DNA from: Minisyncoccota bacterium
Lineage (GTDB): Bacteria > Patescibacteriota > Minisyncoccia > Minisyncoccales > JAQTPW01
Assembly: GCA_028712565.1 (NCBI GenBank)
Contig: JAQTPW010000001.1
Location: 77,114-141,113, forward strand
Reading direction: 5' to 3'
DNA length: 64,000 nucleotides
Below, piece after piece: positions 46,586 through 55,999 of the stretch. Numbering within the stretch: position 1 is the stretch's first letter; every line of letters begins with the position of its first letter. The position numbers and the translations under genes are program-made. The notes under the pieces are model-generated. The model had not been told where the DNA came from. It saw only the letters and a list, made by a program, of their open reading frames with translations, and made no database searches.

Positions 46586-47134
46586 TTACTTTAGAATTTC
46601 GCCGCCAAAGTATCCAGTAATGCTAGCTTTGGCTTTGATATGGCCGGAAATTGCGGCTTTAAATGCGGTATAATCTGCATTTTCCGCCAATCCCAGCGTT
46701 TCTGTATCCAGCGCATACAAAGTAAATTCATACCGATGCGCCGGGACATTAGCCGGCGTTCCCGGGCCCCCGTAGCTATTTGTCGGCAGTCCGGGCATAG
46801 GCAGCATATTGAAATTATTTTTCAATTCTTTCACTCGAGGCACGAAATTATTTGGACTCGCGCCCTCGGGTATAGCGCGGACAACCGCAGGGATATCCAC
46901 TATTATCCAGTGGATAAACAGATTGTCTGGCAATGTGCCTTTAGGTGGCAGCATGCCTATCCCGGGGAATTCCGTTCCCCATGGAATATCTAGGTCCGCC
47001 ATTATAATGGCGAAACTTTTTGTTCCCTCGGGAACGGCGCTCCAAATTAATCTTGGAGACTTATTTCCTCCGGCAAGCCCGCATTTTTCGGGTATTCTGC
47101 CCATATCACTAAAATTTCCAGACCTCAGCTCCAT
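46586..47134 (-). CDS. YbhB/YbcL family PEBP (Raf-kinase-inhibitor-like) protein; GC-rich relative to its neighbours
   Basis: SPRLIWSAVPEGTKSFAIIMADLD...HRYEFTLYAL pattern; 182 aa. Confidence 0.8.
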   Translation of the reverse strand: MELRSGNFSDMGRIPEKCGLAGGNKSPRLIWSAVPEGTKSFAIIMADLDIPWGTEFPGIGMLPPKGTLPDNLFIHWIIVDIPAVVRAIPEGASPNNFVPRVKELKNNFNMLPMPGLPTNSYGGPGTPANVPAHRYEFTLYALDTETLGLAENADYTAFKAAISGHIKAKASITGYFGGEILK

Positions 47135-47253
47135 AGCAGCCCTCCTTTTTTTAAAACTAATGCTTCTATTTTTAGAAGCATCTCTTGCTAACTATAAAAA
47201 AAGTGGATGATTTTGTCAATCACGTTCCAAAAAGAAGTTGCATAAAATCCATC

Positions 47254-48939
47254 TTATTTTAACTCTTTTTCAATGTCTTCTATTTCTTTTCTGATCGCAT
47301 CTTCAGAACTCTTTAGGAAATAAAACAATCTGTCTCTTAACTTCTTTTCATCAGGACTTAAACCCGGCTTTGAGTCAAAATATTCAATTCTTAATTCCAA
47401 ATCTTTTCTTAATTTTTCAAAATTTTTCTTCAAACTTTCCGCGGCTTCCCGTGTTTCTTTTATCAAACGGTCTTTTTCTTTTCTATTTTTCCGAAGAATA
47501 AGAAGAATTAGGAATATCGCCATTAAAATCAAAAGGACAATTAAAGCCGAGAAAAAAGTGGAATAAGTGAATATGAAGGGGCCAATCGCAATCCCAGACA
47601 AAATCACTTTAACAGAATAAGATGGTGAAGGATTGCTTATGGCTCCTTTTGCGTTTCTTGTTCTGGCATATAACGCATAGTTTCCGGATTTTAAAAACTC
47701 TTCGGTTGTAAAAGACCAGTTTCCATCTTTATCGCTTTTGGCTTCCCAATTTTTAGCTTTATTTTCCTTGCTTTCTAAAAATATTAAAATTGTGGAATTA
47801 GGCAAAGCAGTGCCTTCTATGTAAAAAGTATCTTTTCCAGAAATGTAAGTTTTTGGATAAATTAATATTTTTGGCGGTTCAATTGATTCAACTTCCAAGA
47901 TTGTTTCAGATTTTACGGTATTGCCGGCTTTATCAAGGGCTTTTATTGTAATTTCATAAGTTCCGGGCGACTGAAAGGGCACATGATAAGGATTTGTGTC
48001 AGCCGGCACTACCGAAAAAGTGTCTTTGTCATCAATCTTTATTTCGTAATGGCTAATTCCCGACAATTCGTCTTTTGCTTCAAAATATAAATCAGGGTTT
48101 GGGTTTGCCAGATCCCCTTCGTTGTCAATTCTAATATCAAATGACCCGGGAGATTTTGTATCAATCTGAACCCGGTAATGCGCAGTTTCGCTCCAGCCAA
48201 CATTGTTTTGCACCTTTAAATGGAAATACCAGATTCCATCTTCAGTTTTTTCAAACTTCTCTGAATTAAAAATGCCTTCTGATTTTTGTTTTGGCTGGGT
48301 TTGCGACTTTTGGTCAAATTCAGTTGAAACTCCGATAATTTCTGAAGAGATATTCCATAGAAATTCCGGATTTGAATTATTATACCAGCTATTTTCTTTT
48401 GGATGCGTGTTCGAACTAATTTTTGGTTTTTCTGGCAACCCCGGCGTTACTGGTACGCCTTTTTCTATTTTATAATTTCCATCAGAAACGCTAGTCAAAA
48501 TGTCTGTTCCTCGGCCGTCCGCGGCCAAAACTAACGCATCAGAAATTGAAACCTTGGCAGTTCCTGAAACTTTCCCGCGGAAATTAACAACCAAAATGGT
48601 TCCAACTCCGGTAAATCCGGGAGCCGGCACTCCGCCGCCATAAGTAATTTTTCCTTGTGAATTTGAAAAAACCGGCTCTTCTGGCCAAAGCTGGAATATA
48701 GAGCCGGACTTTGACACGCTGACTACTTCCAATATATTTGCCGGAAATGAAATTGTGGCTTTCGACGCGTTTATTGGGGCACCATCGCTGTCTACTTTAA
48801 TTTTTACCGAAAACTGGCTGTAAACCTCATAGTTTCCCGCCGCAGGTTCAAAAAACAGCGATGCATTGGCAGCTTTTATTTCAGTTGCTGAAAAAAGGAA
48901 AATTATTAAAAATGACAGAACAAAAGCTAATTTTTTCAT
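47254..48939 (-). CDS. Surface protein: signal peptide, cohesin-like N-terminal module, Ig-like domains, C-terminal TM anchor and a charged coiled-coil tail (paralog 3 of 3)
   Basis: 561 aa; the N-terminal ~140 aa module is shared with the two upstream genes; the start overlaps the upstream stop. Confidence 0.6.
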   Translation of the reverse strand: MKKLAFVLSFLIIFLFSATEIKAANASLFFEPAAGNYEVYSQFSVKIKVDSDGAPINASKATISFPANILEVVSVSKSGSIFQLWPEEPVFSNSQGKITYGGGVPAPGFTGVGTILVVNFRGKVSGTAKVSISDALVLAADGRGTDILTSVSDGNYKIEKGVPVTPGLPEKPKISSNTHPKENSWYNNSNPEFLWNISSEIIGVSTEFDQKSQTQPKQKSEGIFNSEKFEKTEDGIWYFHLKVQNNVGWSETAHYRVQIDTKSPGSFDIRIDNEGDLANPNPDLYFEAKDELSGISHYEIKIDDKDTFSVVPADTNPYHVPFQSPGTYEITIKALDKAGNTVKSETILEVESIEPPKILIYPKTYISGKDTFYIEGTALPNSTILIFLESKENKAKNWEAKSDKDGNWSFTTEEFLKSGNYALYARTRNAKGAISNPSPSYSVKVILSGIAIGPFIFTYSTFFSALIVLLILMAIFLILLILRKNRKEKDRLIKETREAAESLKKNFEKLRKDLELRIEYFDSKPGLSPDEKKLRDRLFYFLKSSEDAIRKEIEDIEKELK

Positions 48940-50258
48940 TTTAACCCCTTTAATTCTTCTTCTTGTTTTTGAATTTCTTCCTGTTTTTTAATTAATCTTA
49001 TTTTTAATTCGTTTTGTTTTTTCTTTTTCTTTCGGTTTATTCCCAATAAAATCCAGATGACCGACACCAAAATCAGGAAAATTATTAGAGAAATCAGCCA
49101 CCAAGGCAAAAAGAATCCCCAAAAAAATATGCCTTCTCTTGTAATATATATGCCGGCGGGAATGATTTGAATTTGCAAAGTTTCGTCTTGCCAGTTGCCC
49201 GCCGCATCAAAAGCGCGGACGACAATTAAATACTTTCCAACCGATAGCTCGGGCAACTTATAGGGGCTTGCGGTTTCCATAAAAAACGCTGTTTCTTTTT
49301 CTTGCCTGCCCGGAGTTATATCAATTATTTTTGTTTCAAAATGGTCAAAGCCAGACAAAGCATCGGTTGTAATAAATGAAATAATTGGATTTTTTGTTGT
49401 TGTTTTTTCTGCCGGGCTGGCATTTGGTAAAAACGACGCCGGCGGAGTTGCATCTATTTGCACTAAATAGTGGGAAATTCCTCCCCAAACATTGGCTTTT
49501 TTCGCTTTAATGTGGAAATAAAAGATCCCGTCCGCTAAATTTGAATAAGAAACTGAATCAATATCTCCCTCTGAATTGTTATCGGGAATCCCCTGGGGAT
49601 CATTGTCTATGCTGTAGCTGAATTCGGCAACGCCTTCGCCTTTTACCCACGCAAAAGTTGGATTGTTGTTTTTATACCATTTGTTTTGGTCAGAATGAGT
49701 TGGAGAAAAAACTTCCGGGCCTTCTGGCGGAGGTATAGTTAAGCTGTAAACCCCTCTGCCCATAGACGATAAAACGTTTGTGCCTTTTCCGTCATCCAAA
49801 AGAATTTTTGAAGTGTCTTGAAAATAAATTGTAGTATTTCCCGGAGAAACGGCGCGAAAAGTGATTGTAGAAACCAATCCAGCAGAAGTATTGATTCCGG
49901 GAGAAGGCATTCCTCCCTGAAAAGAAGCGGTCCCTTCGGAATTTGAATAGGCGGGCTGGGCAACCCAGACAGAAATAAAAGATTTTCCGGCTGTCGGACT
50001 GGCAATCTGCAGCTTCTTGGGATCAAATTTTAAATCCGCCTGAATTGCGTTAATGTTATTGCTGCCGGTATTTACAAAAATCGAAACATCAAACGTATTT
50101 CCCACATAAAATGTCCCGGAATTCGGAGAAAGATAAAAGGAAGCGCCAGTAGCATAAACATTATTCGCAGATATTAAAAAGCAAAAATTAAAAATCAAAA
50201 ATAACACCGCTAGAAAAGTGAAAAATATCTTTGATTTTATTTTAGGAAAAAACTTCAT
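48936..50258 (-). CDS. Surface protein with cohesin-like N-terminal module, TM anchor and KKKKKQNELK...coiled-coil tail (paralog 2 of 3)
   Basis: 440 aa; LKFDPKKLQIASPTAGKSFISVWVAQPAYSNSEGTASFQGGMPSPG aligns with the other two paralogs. Confidence 0.6.
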   Translation of the reverse strand: MKFFPKIKSKIFFTFLAVLFLIFNFCFLISANNVYATGASFYLSPNSGTFYVGNTFDVSIFVNTGSNNINAIQADLKFDPKKLQIASPTAGKSFISVWVAQPAYSNSEGTASFQGGMPSPGINTSAGLVSTITFRAVSPGNTTIYFQDTSKILLDDGKGTNVLSSMGRGVYSLTIPPPEGPEVFSPTHSDQNKWYKNNNPTFAWVKGEGVAEFSYSIDNDPQGIPDNNSEGDIDSVSYSNLADGIFYFHIKAKKANVWGGISHYLVQIDATPPASFLPNASPAEKTTTKNPIISFITTDALSGFDHFETKIIDITPGRQEKETAFFMETASPYKLPELSVGKYLIVVRAFDAAGNWQDETLQIQIIPAGIYITREGIFFWGFFLPWWLISLIIFLILVSVIWILLGINRKKKKKQNELKIRLIKKQEEIQKQEEELKGLK

Positions 50259-51172
50259 TTAATTATTTTTTTGCGTTCTTTTTTTCTATATACTAACCAG
50301 TAAATCGCAAATACGCCAAAGATTAGTAAAGTGATTATTAAATAGAAACTTAATCTTTTGGACGGGACTAATTCGGAAATTCTTTCGTTTCCGGCCTTAT
50401 CAATAGCTTTCACAAATATCCTGCTTTTTAGTTTTTGATCTTCCAGAAGATAGGGGCTCTGCCCTATTTTCCAATCGCCATTCCCCTCTTTTATTTCGTA
50501 ATGGTCAATTCCAGTTTGCGCATCAGTTGTAAAGAACGCGATGAAATATTTTCCCGAAAATGCGACTTTGTCTTTCCCTAATTTTATTTCAAAATTTTCT
50601 GGGGGCGCTTTATCTTCGGAAATTTTTTCTTCCCATTCATTTTTTACGGTATCGGATGTTTTTAATAAAATTGTAAAATTTGCCGCCGAAAAATTCAGTT
50701 TATCGGGAGTTCCCGAACCATCATTTAATAAAACTTGCGAATCGCTGTTGAAATTTATTTGGGCAATAGCGGAATTTACGGCGCGGAAAGCTAATGAAAC
50801 CAATTTTCCATCGCCGGAAAATCCTCCGGGCACCCCGCCAATAAATGAAATTTCACCTTCGGTATTTGAAAATGCCGGACTTTTTGGCCAAAGCGTTAAA
50901 ATCGATTCTCCGGTGCTTATATCTACAATTTGCAAATAATCTTTTGGGAAACCTATGTTAATCCCGCACGTGTTAATATTTTCGCCTTCTGCATCTAGTC
51001 TTACGTCAACAATAAAAGTATCCTCGTTTTGATAAGTCCCGCTATCGGAAGAAAAATATAATGTGGAGGCTTTCAAAAACGAAGGATTTAGAATATAGAA
51101 TCCAGCAAATAAAACAAATGAAAGCAAGGTGCAGAATCGCCAGTTTATAATTTTTAATTTTTTATTTTTCAT
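50255..51172 (-). CDS. Surface protein with cohesin-like N-terminal module and C-terminal TM anchor (paralog 1 of 3)
   Basis: 305 aa; INIGFPKDYLQIVDISTGESILTLWPKSPAFSNTEGEISFIGGVPGG. Confidence 0.6.
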   Translation of the reverse strand: MKNKKLKIINWRFCTLLSFVLFAGFYILNPSFLKASTLYFSSDSGTYQNEDTFIVDVRLDAEGENINTCGINIGFPKDYLQIVDISTGESILTLWPKSPAFSNTEGEISFIGGVPGGFSGDGKLVSLAFRAVNSAIAQINFNSDSQVLLNDGSGTPDKLNFSAANFTILLKTSDTVKNEWEEKISEDKAPPENFEIKLGKDKVAFSGKYFIAFFTTDAQTGIDHYEIKEGNGDWKIGQSPYLLEDQKLKSRIFVKAIDKAGNERISELVPSKRLSFYLIITLLIFGVFAIYWLVYRKKERKKIIK

Positions 51173-51179
51173 TTTTAAT

Positions 51180-52142
51180 TTATTTCGTCCAATAATACAT
51201 CATTATTGAGAAGTCTATTAAATCTACTATACCATCATGATTGATATCCGCACAGATGTTTGCCGGTTTTTTCTGATGCCAATAATATAAAAGTATAGAA
51301 AAATCAACTAAATTTACCTTTCCGTCAAAGTTCAAATCAGCCCCTTTGCAGACCATGGCCCCCTTTTTTACAACCAAAAAAGACATTGTTTGCGAAAACG
51401 AGCTTTGTTCGCCAGCGCCAAAAGCCGCTTTGGCTCTTGCTTCATGTCCGCTTTCTTCCAACGGAGTTGTGTCTAATTTATAAGACCATTTGCCATTTGC
51501 AGAAGTTGATGCATTTTTTACGATTTCATTTGAAGCGACAAAAATACTTACTTGGCTTGCCGGGAAGGATTGGCCATAAATATCAACTGGATTTCCTTTT
51601 TCCACTTGGGTGGGACCCAAATCAATTGTAGGTGCTAAAAAAATTCCCGAAACCGTTGTGGTTCTGTCAGCCAAAACGCCAACGCTAAAACCTATGGTTA
51701 CAGACCTTCTTCCATCAGTATCCTCGGCAAAAATTGAAAAATTATAATTTCCTGCGGCAATGCTTTGAATTGTTCTTTCAAATAAACCGGAGTTTTCTGC
51801 GCGAAAAGTGGCAGCAATTGCTCCATTCTTCATTAAAGTTAAAACAGCTTGCGGATATGCTCTTCCTTTGAAAATAACTTTAGTTTCCGGCGACACATAC
51901 GAAGTTCCGCCGCCGCCGCCTCCCCCGCCTCCGCAATTTCCGCAATCTACCGGGCAGGTTGCACAAGTTTCTCCGCCGTTGCAGGACGTATCTCCGCAAT
52001 AAGGCGAGGGAGTTGTTGTTGAGCTTTGCACAACTGCGCTTACAGTAATATCAACTTCCTGTGCAAAAACAAAAACTGGAAAAAGCATTAAAATAATTCC
52101 AAAAAGAAAAACAGTTATTTTTCTAAAACCAATCCCGTGCAT
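51180..52142 (-). CDS. Secreted Cys/Gly-rich protein ending in a tandem dockerin type-I module
   Basis: C-terminus ADLNFDGKVNLVDFSILLYYW ... ADINHDGIVDLIDFSIMMYYW gives two DxNxDGxV(N/D)xxD calcium-binding repeats; signal peptide; G9 run. Confidence 0.7.
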   Translation of the reverse strand: MHGIGFRKITVFLFGIILMLFPVFVFAQEVDITVSAVVQSSTTTPSPYCGDTSCNGGETCATCPVDCGNCGGGGGGGGGTSYVSPETKVIFKGRAYPQAVLTLMKNGAIAATFRAENSGLFERTIQSIAAGNYNFSIFAEDTDGRRSVTIGFSVGVLADRTTTVSGIFLAPTIDLGPTQVEKGNPVDIYGQSFPASQVSIFVASNEIVKNASTSANGKWSYKLDTTPLEESGHEARAKAAFGAGEQSSFSQTMSFLVVKKGAMVCKGADLNFDGKVNLVDFSILLYYWHQKKPANICADINHDGIVDLIDFSIMMYYWTK

Positions 52143-52253
52143 TTACGTATTTTAACATCCTCTTTTAAAATTTACGAGTGGAAAATGCGAACGAAAACAA
52201 AAACCGTCCCCAAATTTATTAAAGGGCGGTTTCATTGCAAAGAAAAAAAATAG

Positions 52254-53195
52254 TTAATATCTCTCCCCCCGAACTAAAATTTTTATTGCCGAAATCAGCC
52301 TGTTTCTCATTAAAATCAAAATTATAATACTCGCCAATATTATTAATCCGAATTTCCAAGGGAAAGCCCAAAATGTAATCACGACCGGAACCAAAGAATT
52401 TTCAGAACCATAGGTACCTGTAATTGTTGCGGTATATTTTCCAGCCCAAAACCATTTTTTATCCAAGACAGCATCGAATTTTCGCACTGCGCGAGGCAAA
52501 ACATTTTGTTGTTTTATCGTCGCAACGCCAACTTTTTGTCCAAGCCAATTCGTAACCGTAACCATGGCCAATGGCCGCACGTGAACATTTCCTAAATTTT
52601 CGAATTTAGCATTAAAATAAACCGGCCCGTATTCAAAATAAGGAATAGTGCTGGAAACATAAAAATCTTTAACAGCCAAAAATTCTTTCATTTTGCCGGG
52701 CGTGGTCAATAAAACCAGTGTTCCAATTCTTGTAACAAGCGCGGTGCCTGTAATATTAGACCCTGCAATTGATGCGCTGGCAGCCAAGACAGTTCCATAA
52801 TGGCCGCCGGGCTCAGCATTATTAGGAATTGTAATCGAAAAACTTACCCATTGGGATTGCCCGGGCTCCAAGACAAATTCATTTGGAGTGCATTTTATCC
52901 AGTTTGCCAACGAATAGGTTTCTGTTTCGGCCGGTTCAGGAATTACATAACCTGCTTCGCCAGTGGGCGCTATATCTTCAACAGCCATTTTAATACCGAC
53001 CTGGCTATCGCTGGGGTTTGAAATTTTTACCTGATTTTCAATTACTTCACCAGGGTTTCCGGTCAATTCAAAAACTGTCGGAGATACAGCGATAGTAGTT
53101 GCAGCATTGATAACCTGCCTATTGCAAAATCCGAATAAACACACACCCATCAAACAAATGATGAGCCATCTTCTCATAATAAAAAAATATACCAC
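52254..53195 (-). CDS. Membrane-anchored surface protein, DUF916-like (paralog of the C-terminal part of 54384..55931)
   Basis: Signal peptide; SPTVFELTGNPGE...AEPGGHYGTVL...FWAFPWKFGLIILASIIILILMRNR C-terminal TM; family assignment is from memory and uncertain. Confidence 0.45.
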   Translation of the reverse strand: MVYFFIMRRWLIICLMGVCLFGFCNRQVINAATTIAVSPTVFELTGNPGEVIENQVKISNPSDSQVGIKMAVEDIAPTGEAGYVIPEPAETETYSLANWIKCTPNEFVLEPGQSQWVSFSITIPNNAEPGGHYGTVLAASASIAGSNITGTALVTRIGTLVLLTTPGKMKEFLAVKDFYVSSTIPYFEYGPVYFNAKFENLGNVHVRPLAMVTVTNWLGQKVGVATIKQQNVLPRAVRKFDAVLDKKWFWAGKYTATITGTYGSENSLVPVVITFWAFPWKFGLIILASIIILILMRNRLISAIKILVRGERY

Positions 53196-53214
53196 GAAAA
53201 TAAGTGGTTGTAAA

Positions 53215-53847
53215 CTAGGATGCTGGAAGCAGGGTAAAGTCTATTGTATCAGTGTAGGTTCCTGCTGTTTTCTGATTAGACGTAGTTGCTTTAAATCTTA
53301 CATCAATTATCTGACCAGACTCTGGCACTCCATTCGTTGCCAAGGTTTGTGCGGTTGTCGAAGCAGTTCCAACTATTTGAAGAGGTTCATTATCCCAATA
53401 ATTATATATCGGGTCAATAGTTGCGTCGCTGGAACTTGCCTGGACCCCATAGCCGTCAGTTCCGATTTCAATAGTAGTGCTTCCCGAAGCGTGACTTGCA
53501 ATAGATGTTGCATTATAGATTAATGCGGCATTATCGCTCTTAACAGTCAGACTAAATCCATCATCGTGGTTTGTTCCGCATGTTAGAGTCACGATTTGGC
53601 TGGTACCTGTTGCAAGATTTCCCGATGTATCAACTAGGGCGGGCAAAATTGCAACGCTTGTTGTAGAGCCAGTAATTGAAAGCCATTCAGAAACTGTAGC
53701 TGTAACAGTTACGGAAGTAGCGGCAGCTAAAGCATTATTTGTTGACGGCTTCATTCCGAATAAACTAACAACGCCCACGATTGCCAAAACCAACCCAATA
53801 AATAAAACTAGATTTATTTCCCAATTCTTCTTAATTCTTTCTGCCAT
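53215..53847 (-). CDS. Secreted WxL-domain-like protein
   Basis: N-terminal TM/signal; SEWLSITG near the N-terminus and C-terminal GTYTDTIDFTLLPAS resembling the Y.GTLTWTL.D.P WxL motif; 210 aa. Confidence 0.4.
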   Translation of the reverse strand: MAERIKKNWEINLVLFIGLVLAIVGVVSLFGMKPSTNNALAAATSVTVTATVSEWLSITGSTTSVAILPALVDTSGNLATGTSQIVTLTCGTNHDDGFSLTVKSDNAALIYNATSIASHASGSTTIEIGTDGYGVQASSSDATIDPIYNYWDNEPLQIVGTASTTAQTLATNGVPESGQIIDVRFKATTSNQKTAGTYTDTIDFTLLPAS

Positions 53848-54006
53848 TCTTATTAATTTTTAGATTGATTTTTAATTTCTACCCCTCGACCTGTCAGGTA
53901 GTTTTTATACTTTGTTTATTATAGCATAAAAATTCATGTCAAGCTGTGGAAAAGTCAAAAGGATATCAAATATCAAAAATAAAATATCAAATAGGCATTA
54001 ATGGCT

Positions 54007-54402
54007 TCAAGCAGAATTTCTTTTTCCTTTCAATGTAAGAATACTTGAAGCAAAGATGCGGGAAATTTCTGTAAGTTCATTTAGCAACCATTCTGTTTCC
54101 ATAGTTTTATCATAATTCAAATCTTTTAAAATTGCCAGCCAAACTTTGCTTTCATTTGCGGATTTTAAAGAATGATTAAAAAAATTCGTATAATCTTTTC
54201 GTGAACTGGCCGCTTTTCCCTCGATATAATTGGCGAGAATGCTTGTCCCGCTTCTCACTAATTGGTCTCCTAAAATTCGTGTTGTTCTATTTTCAGGTAA
54301 TTTATCAACAAAACGAATGAGTCGCAGAACAAATTGATAAAGTCTTCGTTTAAAATCTTCGCTTTTTGAAAAATCCCGTTTGATCATATTTTTCCAGCCC
54401 AA
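54007..54402 (-). CDS. Four-helix-bundle protein (TIGR02436 / intervening-sequence-type protein)
   Basis: RTTRILGDQLVRSGTSILANYIEGKAASSRKDYTNFFNHSLKSANESKVWL is the hallmark of this family; 131 aa. Confidence 0.75.
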   Translation of the reverse strand: MGWKNMIKRDFSKSEDFKRRLYQFVLRLIRFVDKLPENRTTRILGDQLVRSGTSILANYIEGKAASSRKDYTNFFNHSLKSANESKVWLAILKDLNYDKTMETEWLLNELTEISRIFASSILTLKGKRNSA

Positions 54403-55931
54403 GGTTGGTCCGCCTTGGGCGGAGATTTTTGATTTTTAAGATTTGATTTAAATATCATTCGTACTGCTGCAAAAATCCGTTTCCGCAATAAAATCAAAAT
54501 GCCCAAAGCAAATGTGATTATTAAGATTATTTTCCACGGGAAAATCCAAAAGCCTAATGTTTGATTTAATTCTATTTGGTTTTTTTCTTCTTCTAATTCC
54601 AATACTATTTTATATTTACCAAAAGAATTATTTTGGTAAATAAAATTAGAAAGGAAAGCAGGCAGCCATTTTATTTTATTCGCTGGAATCTCAGAAAAAC
54701 TGACTGGGAATTTGCGGATTTTCCCGGGCAAAATTGTTGTTTTTTTAACTTCTGACTCCCCTACTTTTTTCCCAAAGGAATTATAAACTAAAATTTTGCC
54801 GTTTAGTTTGTGATGATAAATATCATTATTTTTAATCCGCAAAATTACAGAATCCGGAGTTTTTTCAACGATGCTTACTTCAGCTGCTTGGACTCCGGGA
54901 ACCACATCAACTAAACTTGCCATAACTTTTCCCAAATTTTGCAAAGTTTTTTCTTTTGGGATTTTGAATTCAACAATCTCAACTAAATTTTTAGATTCTA
55001 AAGGTTCAAGCGAAAAAACTCTAACCGATATTAAAAATAAAACTCCGACAATAGGAACGGTTTTTGGCTGGCCTTCTTTAAAATAAAACGAAGGAAGTTG
55101 GGGTTCAAAAAGAATTACCGAATAATGGCCGCCGGGCTCGGCTTCTTTTGGGATTGAAATTTCGAAATTTATAACTTCGGTTTCGTTTACGTCTAAAATA
55201 AAATCTGCTTTTTCAAAATTAAACCATTTTCTTGAGGCAATTGAAATGTCTTGTGAAGCATCATCAAATTCCATTTCTCCAGAATCGTCTTTTGCGGTAA
55301 AATCCGTAGTTCTTATAGAAATAGGAAGCGGGACATCGCTTAGATTTTTGACATTTATTCTCCTGATAATTTTTTCTCCGGGGAAAACTTCCAATTCAAA
55401 AACTTGAGGAGAGACAGACAAACCAAGTTTAGCTACACCTTCTGCTTTTGCTGTAATGGGGAAAAATAAATTAGCCATTATATAGAAGCTGATGAACGCA
55501 GATAGCAACGCTGATTTACGCTGAAACGTTTTTTCTCTTGCCTTATCATAAATTCTTCTTTTTATTTCCAATTTCTTTGGTCCGAAGTTTATTAATAACC
55601 CCAGCTTATATTTTGAACCTTTGAGGTATAACCAAAATTGTCTCTCATCTTCTCGAGTTAAAAACGGCTTGCATTTAATTTCTAACAAAACAGCATTATT
55701 GATAATTTTATCGGGAACATATGAGGCAATTTTCTTGTCCCGAAAATAAACGTCTATTATTTTTTGACTTTCTACATTTAAGCCGAGATTTTTTAGTTCT
55801 ACATTTAAAGCCCTATCAACAACCTTTTCTTTAAATGCTCCGCCAAATTCTTTCCATACTTCAAAACACGCTCCTCTAATTAAGTAGGTTTCTTTTTCAT
55901 AAAGAAAATCTTTTACAATTTTTTTATCCAT
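54384..55931 (-). CDS. In-frame fusion ORF: N-terminal GxxExxY-family module (~140 aa) followed by a DUF916-like membrane-anchored surface protein
   Basis: N-terminus LIRGACFEVWKEFG...KYKLGLLINFGPKKLEIKRRIY (GLLINFG hallmark); remainder is paralogous to 52254..53195. The GxxExxY part lies inside a TIR-bounded element. Confidence 0.5.
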   Translation of the reverse strand: MDKKIVKDFLYEKETYLIRGACFEVWKEFGGAFKEKVVDRALNVELKNLGLNVESQKIIDVYFRDKKIASYVPDKIINNAVLLEIKCKPFLTREDERQFWLYLKGSKYKLGLLINFGPKKLEIKRRIYDKAREKTFQRKSALLSAFISFYIMANLFFPITAKAEGVAKLGLSVSPQVFELEVFPGEKIIRRINVKNLSDVPLPISIRTTDFTAKDDSGEMEFDDASQDISIASRKWFNFEKADFILDVNETEVINFEISIPKEAEPGGHYSVILFEPQLPSFYFKEGQPKTVPIVGVLFLISVRVFSLEPLESKNLVEIVEFKIPKEKTLQNLGKVMASLVDVVPGVQAAEVSIVEKTPDSVILRIKNNDIYHHKLNGKILVYNSFGKKVGESEVKKTTILPGKIRKFPVSFSEIPANKIKWLPAFLSNFIYQNNSFGKYKIVLELEEEKNQIELNQTLGFWIFPWKIILIITFALGILILLRKRIFAAVRMIFKSNLKNQKSPPKADQPWAGKI

Positions 55932-55993
55932 ATTTTTTATCAGCGTTTTTCTTATCAGCGTTTTTCAGCGTTGGTATCAGCGTTCATCAGCTT
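55486..55993. mobile_element. About 508-bp MITE-like element carrying the GxxExxY ORF, bounded by terminal inverted repeats
   Basis: aagctgatgaacgcagata (55486-55504) versus the reverse complement of tatcagcgttcatcagctt (55975-55993), 18/19 identical, with extended imperfect similarity to ~40 bp; atcagcg(tt) is iterated at the right end. Confidence 0.5.
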
Positions 55994-55999
55994 ATATTT

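Noticed and set aside
54384-55931. Treating the 515-aa ORF as a single native multidomain protein
   Set aside because: The N-terminal GxxExxY module is bracketed by near-perfect terminal inverted repeats and sits 7 nt after the upstream gene's stop. Insertion-generated fusion is more parsimonious. The ORF is still reported because it is what the sequence currently encodes.
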